A DNA stretch of 64,000 nt from Eubacteriales bacterium (GTDB taxonomy: Bacteria > Bacillota > Clostridia > Oscillospirales > JAAYXM01). Made by a program: the position numbers and the translations under genes. The stretch covers positions 333,121-397,120 of the forward strand of contig JAZQDV010000010.1 in the NCBI GenBank assembly GCA_045546975.1, in the 5' to 3' direction. This document shows, one piece after another, positions 42,473 through 51,205 of this stretch. Under the pieces are notes generated by a model that searched no databases, was not told the origin of the DNA, and saw nothing but the letters and a program-made list of their open reading frames with translations. How positions within the stretch are numbered: position 1 is the stretch's first letter; each line of letters begins with the position of its first letter.

Positions 42473-43555
42473 ATGAAGTCGTATAAGGTTGGAATTATCG
42501 GATGCACAGGTATGGTAGGTCAGCGATTTGCACTCCTTCTTGCAAATCATCCGTGGTTTGAGGTAAAAGCACTTGCGGCAAGCGGTCGCTCTGCAGGCAA
42601 AACATATCTTGAAGCTCTTGGAAGCAGATGGGCAATGACAGCTCCTGTTCCTGAAAACCTCAAGAATATGACAGTATATGATGCAGGTCTTGACGTCGAA
42701 AAGATTGCAGCAGAGGTTGATTTTGTATTCTGTGCAGTTGATATGCCCAAGGACGAAATCAGAGCTTTAGAAGAGAAATACGCAAAGGCAGAATGCCCTG
42801 TTGTATCAAACAACAGCGCCCACAGATGGACATCTGACGTCCCGATGGTCATTCCGGAAGTTAACCCTGAACACATCGAGGTTATAAAGTCACAGAGAGC
42901 CCGTCTCGGAACAAAGCGTGGCTTTATTGCTGTTAAGTCCAACTGCTCAATTCAGGGATATGTTCCTGTTCTTACGGCTCTTGACCGTGAGTTTGGCATC
43001 ACAAAGGCTCTCGCTTGCACTTATCAGGCTATCTCCGGCGCTGGTAAGACTTTCGAGCGTTGGCCTGAGATGGTTGATAACGTAATCCCGTATATCGGCG
43101 GTGAGGAAGAAAAGTCAGAGCGCGAACCGCTCAAGATTTGGGGTACCGTAAAGAACGGCGTTATCGAGCCTGCTACATCACCATCAATCACAGCTCAGTG
43201 CATAAGAGTTCCTGTTACGGATGGACATATGGCGGCAGTCTTTGCATCCTTTGAAAAGAAGGTTGATATTGATAAGGCGATTGAGCTTATAAAGTCATAT
43301 AAGGGCCGCGCACAGGAGCTTGAGCTTCCGAGTGCTCCGAAGCAGTACATGCATTACTTTGAAGAAAACGACAGACCTCAGACAAAGAGTGAACGTGACC
43401 TTGAAAAAGGAATGGCTGTTTCCGTTGGCCGTCTCCGTGAGGATACACAGTTTGATGTTAAATTTATTTGCCTTGCGCACAACACACTTCGCGGTGCGGC
43501 AGGTGGCGCAGTTCTTCTTGCTGAACTTCTTTGTGCAGAAGGTTATATGGACTAA
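42473..43555 (+). CDS. asd: aspartate-semialdehyde dehydrogenase
   Basis: VGIIGCTGMVGQRF, active-site NCSIQG, C-terminal NTLRGAAGGAVL. Confidence 0.95.
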   Translation: MKSYKVGIIGCTGMVGQRFALLLANHPWFEVKALAASGRSAGKTYLEALGSRWAMTAPVPENLKNMTVYDAGLDVEKIAAEVDFVFCAVDMPKDEIRALEEKYAKAECPVVSNNSAHRWTSDVPMVIPEVNPEHIEVIKSQRARLGTKRGFIAVKSNCSIQGYVPVLTALDREFGITKALACTYQAISGAGKTFERWPEMVDNVIPYIGGEEEKSEREPLKIWGTVKNGVIEPATSPSITAQCIRVPVTDGHMAAVFASFEKKVDIDKAIELIKSYKGRAQELELPSAPKQYMHYFEENDRPQTKSERDLEKGMAVSVGRLREDTQFDVKFICLAHNTLRGAAGGAVLLAELLCAEGYMD

Positions 43556-43582
43556 ATTGCATTTTGAAAGGACGATTTATTC

Positions 43583-44476
43583 ATGAAAACTCCAATTTTT
43601 ACCGGCTCAAATGTAGCTATTGTTACCCCGCTCACTGAGGCGGGAGTAAACTTTGAGAAGCTCGGTGAACTTATTGATTTTCAGATCGAAAACGGTACAA
43701 ATGCTATAACTGTTTGCGGTACTACAGGTGAGTCTGCCACATTATCTCACGAGGAACACTGCAAGGTTATTGAATATAGCGTAAAGAAGGTTGCTGGTCG
43801 CGTTCCTGTTATTGCGGGTACGGGAAGCAATGATACTTCTTATGCACTTGAGCTTTCCAAGTTTGCTGAAGATGCCGGTGTTGACGGTCTCCTTATGGTA
43901 ACGCCGTACTATAACAAAACAACACAGCGCGGACTTATCAATCACTACACTTATGTTGCTGACCGTGTTAATAAGCCCATTATTCTTTATAGCGTTCCGT
44001 CACGTACAGGTGTTTCGTTCACTTCAGATACTTATGCTACTCTTTCAAAGCACCCGAATATAAACGGTGTGAAAGAGGCGAGTGGAGACTTTTCTCTCAT
44101 AGCTGAAACACTCAGCAAATGCGGAGATAATATGTTTATGTGGTCGGGAAACGATGACCAGGTTGTCCCGATGATGGCGCTTGGTGCAGTTGGTGTTATT
44201 TCTGTAACTGCAAATATCATCCCCGGTGTTGTTTCCAAAATGTGCAAGCTCTGTCTTGAAGGCAAGTTCAAAGAAGCTTCAAAGCTTCAGCTTGAATACT
44301 ACGACCTTACAGATTCTATGTTCAAGGAAGTTAATCCGATTCCAATAAAGACTGCTATGAAGCTTTTGGGAATGGATAACGGATATCTCAGAATGCCTCT
44401 TTATGAAATGGCACCTGCAAACGTTGAAATCCTCAAGGCTTCGCTTAAAAATGTCGGCTTAGCTTTGGTTGATTAG
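43583..44476 (+). CDS. dapA: 4-hydroxy-tetrahydrodipicolinate synthase
   Basis: GTTGESATLSHEEH, YNKTTQ, and Schiff-base Lys context GVKEASGD. Confidence 0.95.
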   Translation: MKTPIFTGSNVAIVTPLTEAGVNFEKLGELIDFQIENGTNAITVCGTTGESATLSHEEHCKVIEYSVKKVAGRVPVIAGTGSNDTSYALELSKFAEDAGVDGLLMVTPYYNKTTQRGLINHYTYVADRVNKPIILYSVPSRTGVSFTSDTYATLSKHPNINGVKEASGDFSLIAETLSKCGDNMFMWSGNDDQVVPMMALGAVGVISVTANIIPGVVSKMCKLCLEGKFKEASKLQLEYYDLTDSMFKEVNPIPIKTAMKLLGMDNGYLRMPLYEMAPANVEILKASLKNVGLALVD

Positions 44477-44490
44477 GAAGTGTATTACAA

Positions 44491-45261
44491 ATGACAAAAA
44501 TTTTGCTTTCAGGATGCAACGGCCGTATGGGCAAAGCAATTTCTGAAATGTGCATAAAGAACCCCGAAACGGAAATCACTGTCGGTGTTGACATTTTCAC
44601 AGAGCAGAGATATAACTATCCTGTTTACGAAAAGTTTGAGTCTGTTTCTGAAGAAGTTGATGTTGTTATTGATTTTTCAAACCCCAAAACATTACCTTCG
44701 ATTCTTGATTATTGCATTAAGAACAATAAACCTGTGGTCCTTTGCACGACCGGTTATTCCGAGGAGGATCTTGACCTTATAGCACGTGCAGAGGAAAAAA
44801 TCCCCGTATTCCGTTCGGGTAATATGTCTCTTGGAATAAATGTGCTTATGCTTCTTGCAAAACGCGCAGGAGAAATTCTTTCTGAGACGTTTGATGTTGA
44901 AATCATTGAGCATCATCATAACCAGAAGCTTGATGCACCGAGCGGTACTGCCATAATGCTCGCTGATGCTGTTGAGTCAGCTCTTGATTATAAAGCAAAA
45001 CGGGTGTACGACAGACACTCTTATCGAGCAAAACGCGAAAAAAACGAAATAGGCATACACTCAATCCGCGGCGGCACAATAGTTGGTGAGCACGAGGTTA
45101 TCTTTGCCGGTCAGAATGAAACGGTTACATTGAAGCATTCCGCTCAGTCAAGAGAGGTGTTTGCATCCGGTGCAGTTAAGGCCGCTGTTTTCCTTTCGGG
45201 CATCGAGAGGGCAGGGGAGTATTCGATGGATGACCTTGTTAAATCCTACCTTGCAAAATAA
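44491..45261 (+). CDS. dapB: 4-hydroxy-tetrahydrodipicolinate reductase
   Basis: GCNGRMG, EHHHNQKLDAPSGTA. Confidence 0.95.
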   Translation: MTKILLSGCNGRMGKAISEMCIKNPETEITVGVDIFTEQRYNYPVYEKFESVSEEVDVVIDFSNPKTLPSILDYCIKNNKPVVLCTTGYSEEDLDLIARAEEKIPVFRSGNMSLGINVLMLLAKRAGEILSETFDVEIIEHHHNQKLDAPSGTAIMLADAVESALDYKAKRVYDRHSYRAKREKNEIGIHSIRGGTIVGEHEVIFAGQNETVTLKHSAQSREVFASGAVKAAVFLSGIERAGEYSMDDLVKSYLAK

Positions 45262-45349
45262 TCGTCATTTTATCCAAAAAGCAAAAATATTAAAATAACG
45301 TATTGACATTTTGCTTTTTACCGGTAACAACAAAATATAGCGTTCGTAA

Positions 45350-45382
45350 AAAGATACATCTACAACGGGTGTATCTTTTTTT
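45350..45382 (+). terminator. rho-independent terminator after dapB
   Basis: aaagataca / 11-nt loop / tgtatcttt, followed by a T-run. Confidence 0.6.
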
Positions 45383-45395
45383 CACACTCAACAAA

Positions 45396-45420
45396 GTTTA
45401 CATAATGTTGTTTACATAAT
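45396..45420. repeat. tandem direct repeat GTTTACATAAT x2 (3-nt spacer) in the proC upstream region
   Basis: Exact 11-mers at 45396-45406 and 45410-45420. Followed by the 9-bp inverted repeat 45421-45429/45436-45444 and the 6-2-6 palindrome caagcaaatgcttg at 45456-45469. Confidence 0.6.
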
Positions 45421-45540
45421 ATTTTTGTACAAGTATACAAAAATGCCATCGAGGCCAAGCAAATGCTTGATTTTGAGAAGATTTTGCTGTATAGTTTATT
45501 CTGTTGGAATTATGTAAAGTAGTACACGAGGAGGTGTACC

Positions 45541-46353
45541 ATGCCGGACAAAAAGGGTGTTTCATTTATAGGCGGAGGCAATATGGCAGGAGCCATTATT
45601 GACGCTATAATCTCATCCGGAATTTTGCCACCGTCGAAGATTTCCGTTTTTGAGCCGTCTGCTGAGAGACGAAAAGCTCTTATGGAGAAAAAAATAAATA
45701 TTGCAAACTCAAACCTTGAGCTCGCTTCAAAAGACGATATTCTTTTTATTGCGGTTAAGCCTCAGGTGTTTGATTCCGTCCTCGAAGAGATAAGAGGCAA
45801 TATCAAAAGTACCTGTATTGTTTCAATCGCAGCCGGAATCTCAACAGAGCACATCAGTTCAAAGCTCGGTGGTTCTGTTCCTGTACTGCGCACACTGCCA
45901 AACACGCCGATGCTTATTCTGGACGGAATGACAGTACTTGCCGAAACACACGATGTTTCAGACGAAATATTCGACTTTGTAAAAAGCATATTTTCGGCCA
46001 CTGGTGAGGTCGTTATCTTGCCCGAGGAAAAGATAAACGAAGCTATACCGCTTTCAAGCTCGAGCCCTGCATTCTTTTTTAGGATGCTTGATGCAATGGC
46101 AAATTCAGCCTCCAAATTCGGTATTTCTTATGAGGATGCGCTTAAGCTTTCGGCAGTCGCAATGAAGGGCTCTGCAAACTATCTGCTCACATGTGATAAA
46201 ACCCCAAAAGAACTTGTAGAACAAGTTTCTTCACCGGGCGGAACAACAGTTGCAGCGCTCACTGCATTTGACGATTTTAATTTCGAGGAGTTTATCTCTG
46301 AAGCCTTTAAGCGCTGTATAAACCGCGCTTACGAGCTTGGTGAACGAAAATAG
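45541..46353 (+). CDS. proC: pyrroline-5-carboxylate reductase
   Basis: FIGGGNMAGAII, VKPQ, SSPGGTT. Confidence 0.9.
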   Translation: MPDKKGVSFIGGGNMAGAIIDAIISSGILPPSKISVFEPSAERRKALMEKKINIANSNLELASKDDILFIAVKPQVFDSVLEEIRGNIKSTCIVSIAAGISTEHISSKLGGSVPVLRTLPNTPMLILDGMTVLAETHDVSDEIFDFVKSIFSATGEVVILPEEKINEAIPLSSSSPAFFFRMLDAMANSASKFGISYEDALKLSAVAMKGSANYLLTCDKTPKELVEQVSSPGGTTVAALTAFDDFNFEEFISEAFKRCINRAYELGERK

Positions 46354-46420
46354 TTATATATGGGAATCTTCTTTCATATTTTTTATAAAGCTTGTTCAAT
46401 TATGAAAGGAGATCCAACAT

Positions 46421-47050
46421 ATGAAAAAATCCTTAAAAGCAAAAGTTTCCGGTATCTACCTCAACAACTTTTCTATCAATTCCGCTATTCTTCTGCTATT
46501 TCTGGTACTTGGAACGGTCGCAGGAATGATTATTACAAAGCAAACAGGAGAGGGAAGCGCTTTACCGACGCTCGAGAAAAACATCAATGAAATTGTGCAA
46601 AACGGAGTAGGGGAATACTCACTCATAAAAACTTTTTTTAATTCGGCAAAATTTCCATTGATAATTTTCCTTTCAGGTTTTACCGCTTTTGGAGTATTTC
46701 TCGTACCATTTGTTGTCTGTGTTAAAGGTTGCCTTCTCTCGATGTCCGTTTCAGCGATTATAAATTCTTTTGGTATAAAAGGCTTTCTTTTAGCTCTTTC
46801 AATGTTTGGAATTCAGGCTCTTGCATCGATTCCTTGCATTATTGTTATTTCTTCGTATTCAATGGAGGTTTCCAAAGGTTTTCTTTCTGCCTTTGGTAAA
46901 TTCAAAAAGAACTCATTGAAAACCCGCCCGCAAACAAGTTCATTTGTGATTTTCTTCTTAATGATCATTTTTCTTTTGTTTCTGTTTTCTTTGCTTGATG
47001 TCACAGTGACACCGAAGCTAGTTACACTATCTGCAAAATCAATACTTTAA
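46421..47050 (+). CDS. spoIIM: stage II sporulation protein M-like membrane protein
   Basis: ~209 aa polytopic membrane protein. Its N-terminal pattern resembles SpoIIM. Sits next to xerD as in Bacillus (spoIIM-fur-ripX region). Confidence 0.5.
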   Translation: MKKSLKAKVSGIYLNNFSINSAILLLFLVLGTVAGMIITKQTGEGSALPTLEKNINEIVQNGVGEYSLIKTFFNSAKFPLIIFLSGFTAFGVFLVPFVVCVKGCLLSMSVSAIINSFGIKGFLLALSMFGIQALASIPCIIVISSYSMEVSKGFLSAFGKFKKNSLKTRPQTSSFVIFFLMIIFLLFLFSLLDVTVTPKLVTLSAKSIL

Positions 47051-47063
47051 TTGGAGCAATAAA

Positions 47064-47948
47064 ATGAAGGATCATATCAGCGAATTCAAAACTTTTTTAC
47101 AACTGAATAAAGGTGCCGCTGAAAACACTATTGTTTCGTATATACGCGACGTAAATCAGTTTAACGAGTTTTTATATTCGCTCGGGACTAAAAAGATTTC
47201 AGACAGCACTGAAAGCGATGTTAAAAAATATGTAGACAAGCTCCGCAAGGACGGTAAGTCCGTTTCTACAATAACTCGTGCAATAGCTTCTCTGCGTACG
47301 TTTTTTACATATCTTCTTTCGAAAAACGTTATCTCACAGAACCCAACAAAAGGCATAAAGAACGAAAAGAAAGAAAAAGCACTCCCGCGCATTCTTACAG
47401 GAAAAGAAGTAGAAATTCTTTTAAGTCAGCCTGAATCGAACTCTCTTAAGGGTTGCCGTGACAAAGCAATGCTCGAACTTCTTTACGCAACCGGGATAAG
47501 GGTGAGTGAGCTTATAGAGCTCAATATTACCGACCTGAACACAGATCTCGGTTTTGTCCGTTGCGGAAAAAACAACGCAGAGCGTATGATTCCGCTTTAT
47601 CCTGCGGCGGTCTCTGCGATAAAGGAATACTTTGATAAATCCAGACCGTTACTTCTTACAAACCAGGCAGAAAAAGCCTTGTTTGTAAACCTAAACGGCA
47701 GCAGAATGACTCGCCAGGGATTCTGGAAAATAATCAAGCATTATCAGGAAACAGCTCATATTACAACGGAAATAACACCACATACGCTGAGGCATTCGTT
47801 TGCAGCACATCTTCTTCAGAACGGCGCTGATATCGGTGTTATAAAGGAAATAATGGGACATTCTGATATATCTTCAACTCTCGTCTACGCAGAACTTATA
47901 AAGAATGATTTGAAGAGCAATTACATAAAATTCCACCCACGTGCTTAA
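47064..47948 (+). CDS. xerD: site-specific tyrosine recombinase XerD
   Basis: 294 aa. ATGIRVSEL (Arg), HTLRHSFAAHLL (H-x-x-R), MGHSDISSTLVY (His/Tyr). Confidence 0.85.
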   Translation: MKDHISEFKTFLQLNKGAAENTIVSYIRDVNQFNEFLYSLGTKKISDSTESDVKKYVDKLRKDGKSVSTITRAIASLRTFFTYLLSKNVISQNPTKGIKNEKKEKALPRILTGKEVEILLSQPESNSLKGCRDKAMLELLYATGIRVSELIELNITDLNTDLGFVRCGKNNAERMIPLYPAAVSAIKEYFDKSRPLLLTNQAEKALFVNLNGSRMTRQGFWKIIKHYQETAHITTEITPHTLRHSFAAHLLQNGADIGVIKEIMGHSDISSTLVYAELIKNDLKSNYIKFHPRA

Positions 47949-47973
47949 TTACTAAAGAAATGGAGAAAATACC

Positions 47974-48828
47974 GTGTCTATATTCAACCGAAACAAAACT
48001 GAAAGGTCGGTCGGTAACGACGAAGGAAAAAAACGTGCAATTTTCAGATATTTTGAAATTCTTTATAGAAACTTTTCAAAAATAGTTCCGCTGAACTTCT
48101 TCTATTTTTTATGTATTTTACCGCTTTTTGTCGGTGTAATTTCCGCTGTTTGCGTATTGATGGGCGTTTCAGTTGAGACTATTGAATCCATGTTTTTCGT
48201 TCATCTTTCTGTCTGGATTACAACAGCTATTCCGCGTCCCGTATTTATTGTTTTATTTGTCCTTTCACTTATCGCATACGGTCCGCTTACGGCAGGATTA
48301 ACACACTGTGTTATGAATCTTGTTTCAGGAAAACATGTTTTTATTACAGATCTTTTTGTTCGTGCAAAAAAGAACTTAAAGCAGGGCATAGCTTTTGGTT
48401 TACTTGATATGTTTGTGCTGTTTAGTGTTTTACTTTACATATCATCGAACCCCGCAGCTGCCAGCGGTGGAACGTTCTATTTTTATCAGATTGCAAAAAT
48501 AGTTGCCATAATCGTTGCTGTAGTTTATTTCTGTATGCGTTTCTATACATACGCCATTGCTGTAAAATTTGAGCTTTCCGTTAAAGATATCCTCAAAAAC
48601 TCCTGGATTTTCTTTGTCCTTGGTTTCTTCCGCAACATACTCGCAATTTTCGTTATTCTTTTCGTTCTTTCGACGTGTATTTCAACTCCGAAGATTGATA
48701 TCGTCCTTCTCGGAACAGTTTTCTTTAGTGTCGCTCGTTTTTCAGCATCGTTTGCAACATATCATATAATCGATGAATATATGTTAAAAACGGCAAATAT
48801 CAAACCGTACGAAGACTGTGATAAATAA
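47974..48828 (+). CDS. polytopic membrane protein, DUF624/YesL-like (tentative)
   Basis: N-terminus FRYFEILYRNFSKIVPLNFFYFLCILPLF and ~6 TM helices. Confidence 0.45.
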   Translation: MSIFNRNKTERSVGNDEGKKRAIFRYFEILYRNFSKIVPLNFFYFLCILPLFVGVISAVCVLMGVSVETIESMFFVHLSVWITTAIPRPVFIVLFVLSLIAYGPLTAGLTHCVMNLVSGKHVFITDLFVRAKKNLKQGIAFGLLDMFVLFSVLLYISSNPAAASGGTFYFYQIAKIVAIIVAVVYFCMRFYTYAIAVKFELSVKDILKNSWIFFVLGFFRNILAIFVILFVLSTCISTPKIDIVLLGTVFFSVARFSASFATYHIIDEYMLKTANIKPYEDCDK

Positions 48829-48832
48829 TATC

Positions 48833-48869
48833 AAAAATCGGTGCAGAAAACGCTTCTGCACCGATTTTT
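48833..48869. terminator. bidirectional rho-independent terminator
   Basis: atcggtgcagaa / aacgc / ttctgcaccgat, flanked by A4 and T5 runs. Lies between convergent genes. Confidence 0.8.
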
Positions 48870-49886
48870 CTATTCTTTATCGTTGTTGTAATGCGATAGG
48901 GGATTTGCCTTTGCTGCAACTCGTAAAGTTTCGCTGTCTGCATGCGTATAAATTTCAGTTGTGTTGAGGTGCTCATGTCCCAAGACCTCTTGAACTGCCT
49001 TTACATCCACACCGTTTTTATACATTAGTGTTGCTGATGTATGACGGAGTTTATGTACAGAGATTTTTGAATCAAGCCCGGCAAAGCTGCAATACTTTTT
49101 AACAAGCCACTTAACCGTGGAAGTGCTTATTCTGTTACCATTTCTGCTAATAAATAGTGCTTTATCGTCTTTTTGCTTAATATTAGTAACTTTTAAGCGT
49201 TCTTCGAGATATGCAGAGATTGCGTTTGCCGTAGCGTCATTGAGATAAACCACGCGTTCTTTTGAGCCTTTACCCAAAACCCTGAGTGTTTCTTCTTTAA
49301 TATCTCCAATATCTATACCACAAAGCTCAGAAACCCGGAGACCACAATTGAGAAATAGCATTATAATGCAAAAATCACGCGTTTTGAACTCTCCATCGAT
49401 ATTTTGTAGAAGCTTCACGCTTTCATCATAAGACAGGTATCTCGGCAATTTCTGGCGATTTTTAGGGAATTCAAGCTCTGACATAGGATTTTCTGATATC
49501 TTATTTGTCTTTTGCAAATATTTATAAAAACTACGCAATGATGAAACTTTTCTTGCTCGCGTAGACGGTGAAAGTCCTGATTCGGAATTTTCACTGTTAT
49601 GGAAACGTTTACGCTCAGTAGAGAGGTAATCAAAGTACTCATAAACATCTGTGATTTTAATTTTAGAAATAAAATCAATATCAATATCTGAAATATCAAT
49701 TTTAGTAAGACCGTCAGTTTCAGAAAGTGTAGCTTCACCAAAAACAATTTTCATGTACTTAAAAAAAGTTCTTAAATCCAAAAGGTATTCATCAATTGTT
49801 CCTTTTGATTTATCATTAATTGTATTCATATAATTTGCAAATTCACGTACAAGTGCCGGCATTTTCGATAAATCAGCCCGATTCAT
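48870..49886 (-). CDS. tyrosine recombinase / integrase (XerC-like, extended N-terminal domain)
   Basis: Complete catalytic set: GLRVSEL (R), GKGSKER (K), HKLRHTSA (H-x-x-R), LGHEHL (H), EIYTH (Y). 338 aa. Confidence 0.85.
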   Translation of the reverse strand: MNRADLSKMPALVREFANYMNTINDKSKGTIDEYLLDLRTFFKYMKIVFGEATLSETDGLTKIDISDIDIDFISKIKITDVYEYFDYLSTERKRFHNSENSESGLSPSTRARKVSSLRSFYKYLQKTNKISENPMSELEFPKNRQKLPRYLSYDESVKLLQNIDGEFKTRDFCIIMLFLNCGLRVSELCGIDIGDIKEETLRVLGKGSKERVVYLNDATANAISAYLEERLKVTNIKQKDDKALFISRNGNRISTSTVKWLVKKYCSFAGLDSKISVHKLRHTSATLMYKNGVDVKAVQEVLGHEHLNTTEIYTHADSETLRVAAKANPLSHYNNDKE

Positions 49887-49949
49887 TAAATCACCACCAA
49901 ATCACTAATATATTATATGATATCATAGTCAAGTGCCAAATTCAATACC

Positions 49950-49985
49950 CCGAATTGAACAAAATTTTTATTTTGTTCAATTCGG
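49950..49985. repeat. perfect 16-bp inverted repeat with 4-nt spacer between the permease stop and the integrase start
   Basis: ccgaattgaacaaaat tttt attttgttcaattcgg. No U-tract on either strand. Confidence 0.8.
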
Positions 49986-50014
49986 TCAATGTGGATCCGG
50001 CAGAGAATGAACCC

Positions 50015-51202
50015 CTACCTTCTTCTTAATGCTACTATCGGATCCATGTTCGCAGCTTTTATTGCAGGTATGATTGAGAACGCTGAACCGCAAAACAACG
50101 ATATCATCTCCGCTATTAAAAACATTTTGAAATTAAACGCTGCTGCTATATTTAGTATATCAGAAAAAATCATTGTGATTAAAACTCCAAGCGCTGCACC
50201 GATGCTTCCACCAAAAAGCGAAATTATAATAGATTCAAAAAGAAACAATAACAGAATATCCCGCCTGGTAGCCCCTATCGCGATACATACCCCTATTTCT
50301 CGGCTTCTTTCATAAGTTGAAGAAAACATAGTGTTCATAATTCCAATTCCTGCAACACATAAAGAAATAGCAGAAATCGCAGTTATAAGAAGTGAAACAA
50401 GCTCCGTGAGTGATTTCATTTCTCCCAGTCTTGTAGACATGTTTTCCGCCGTATATGCACCTTTTGCGCCATTTACAGAAGAAAGATACTCTGCAAACTC
50501 CATCCCGTCATTGTCTGTATCAGTGCATTTTACAGCTATTTGTGTCAAGTCGTCACTTTGTCTGAGCTCATTTAGCGTACTGTACGGCAAATATACAAAA
50601 TCCGGCATATTACTTCCAAAAAGTTTGTTGATTCCACTTTTTTGAGATGAAATTACACCAATTATCTCAAAAACATTCGAATTATCACCGAAATTAACTT
50701 TTATTTTCTTGCCAACAACATTTATACGCTTATAGGCTTTTCTCGCAAGCTCGTCATCGACCACTGCAACCAGCCGCTTCCCTTTTACATCAGAGATATT
50801 TGGCACTCTTCCGTGCAGGACGTGAACATTATATACAACATCAGCCCCGGCGCCAACACCGAATAAAACAGCTTCTGAGCTTTCTTTATTCATTTTAACG
50901 CTGCCGATATCCATAACAAGCGGAAGTGTTTTTTCTATATTCTTGAACCTCCGCTTGAGCTTTTCTGCGTCAGAATCAAGAAGATGCACGTTCGAGGAAG
51001 TATCTGTTTTGTATATAGAAATCCCCTGGAGGCCTGTACGCTCTATTTCTTTGTTTATAAGAGCGGAGCCACTAATTCCTATTGATGATATCAGAATTAC
51101 GGAAATTACACCTATTGTTATCGAGAGTGCAGTAAGAATGCTCTTTATTTTGCTTCTGAAGGTATTGTTTGCTGCAAGGATAATTATATCTCTGAGTTTC
51201 AT
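50015..51202 (-). CDS. ABC transporter permease, MacB/FtsX family
   Basis: 395 aa. N-terminal TM helix, large extracytoplasmic domain, then a C-terminal FtsX 3-TM bundle ending PAIKAANMDPIVALRR. Confidence 0.85.
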   Translation of the reverse strand: MKLRDIIILAANNTFRSKIKSILTALSITIGVISVILISSIGISGSALINKEIERTGLQGISIYKTDTSSNVHLLDSDAEKLKRRFKNIEKTLPLVMDIGSVKMNKESSEAVLFGVGAGADVVYNVHVLHGRVPNISDVKGKRLVAVVDDELARKAYKRINVVGKKIKVNFGDNSNVFEIIGVISSQKSGINKLFGSNMPDFVYLPYSTLNELRQSDDLTQIAVKCTDTDNDGMEFAEYLSSVNGAKGAYTAENMSTRLGEMKSLTELVSLLITAISAISLCVAGIGIMNTMFSSTYERSREIGVCIAIGATRRDILLLFLFESIIISLFGGSIGAALGVLITMIFSDILNIAAAFNFKMFLIAEMISLFCGSAFSIIPAIKAANMDPIVALRRR

Positions 51203-51205
51203 ATA

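Noticed and set aside
49897-49930. dif-like AT-rich sequence (aatatattatatgatatcat) near the recombinase gene
   Set aside because: It shares only an AT-rich 9-mer with the Firmicute dif consensus as I remember it. It lacks the two recognisable 11-bp Xer arms, and it is more simply promoter DNA.
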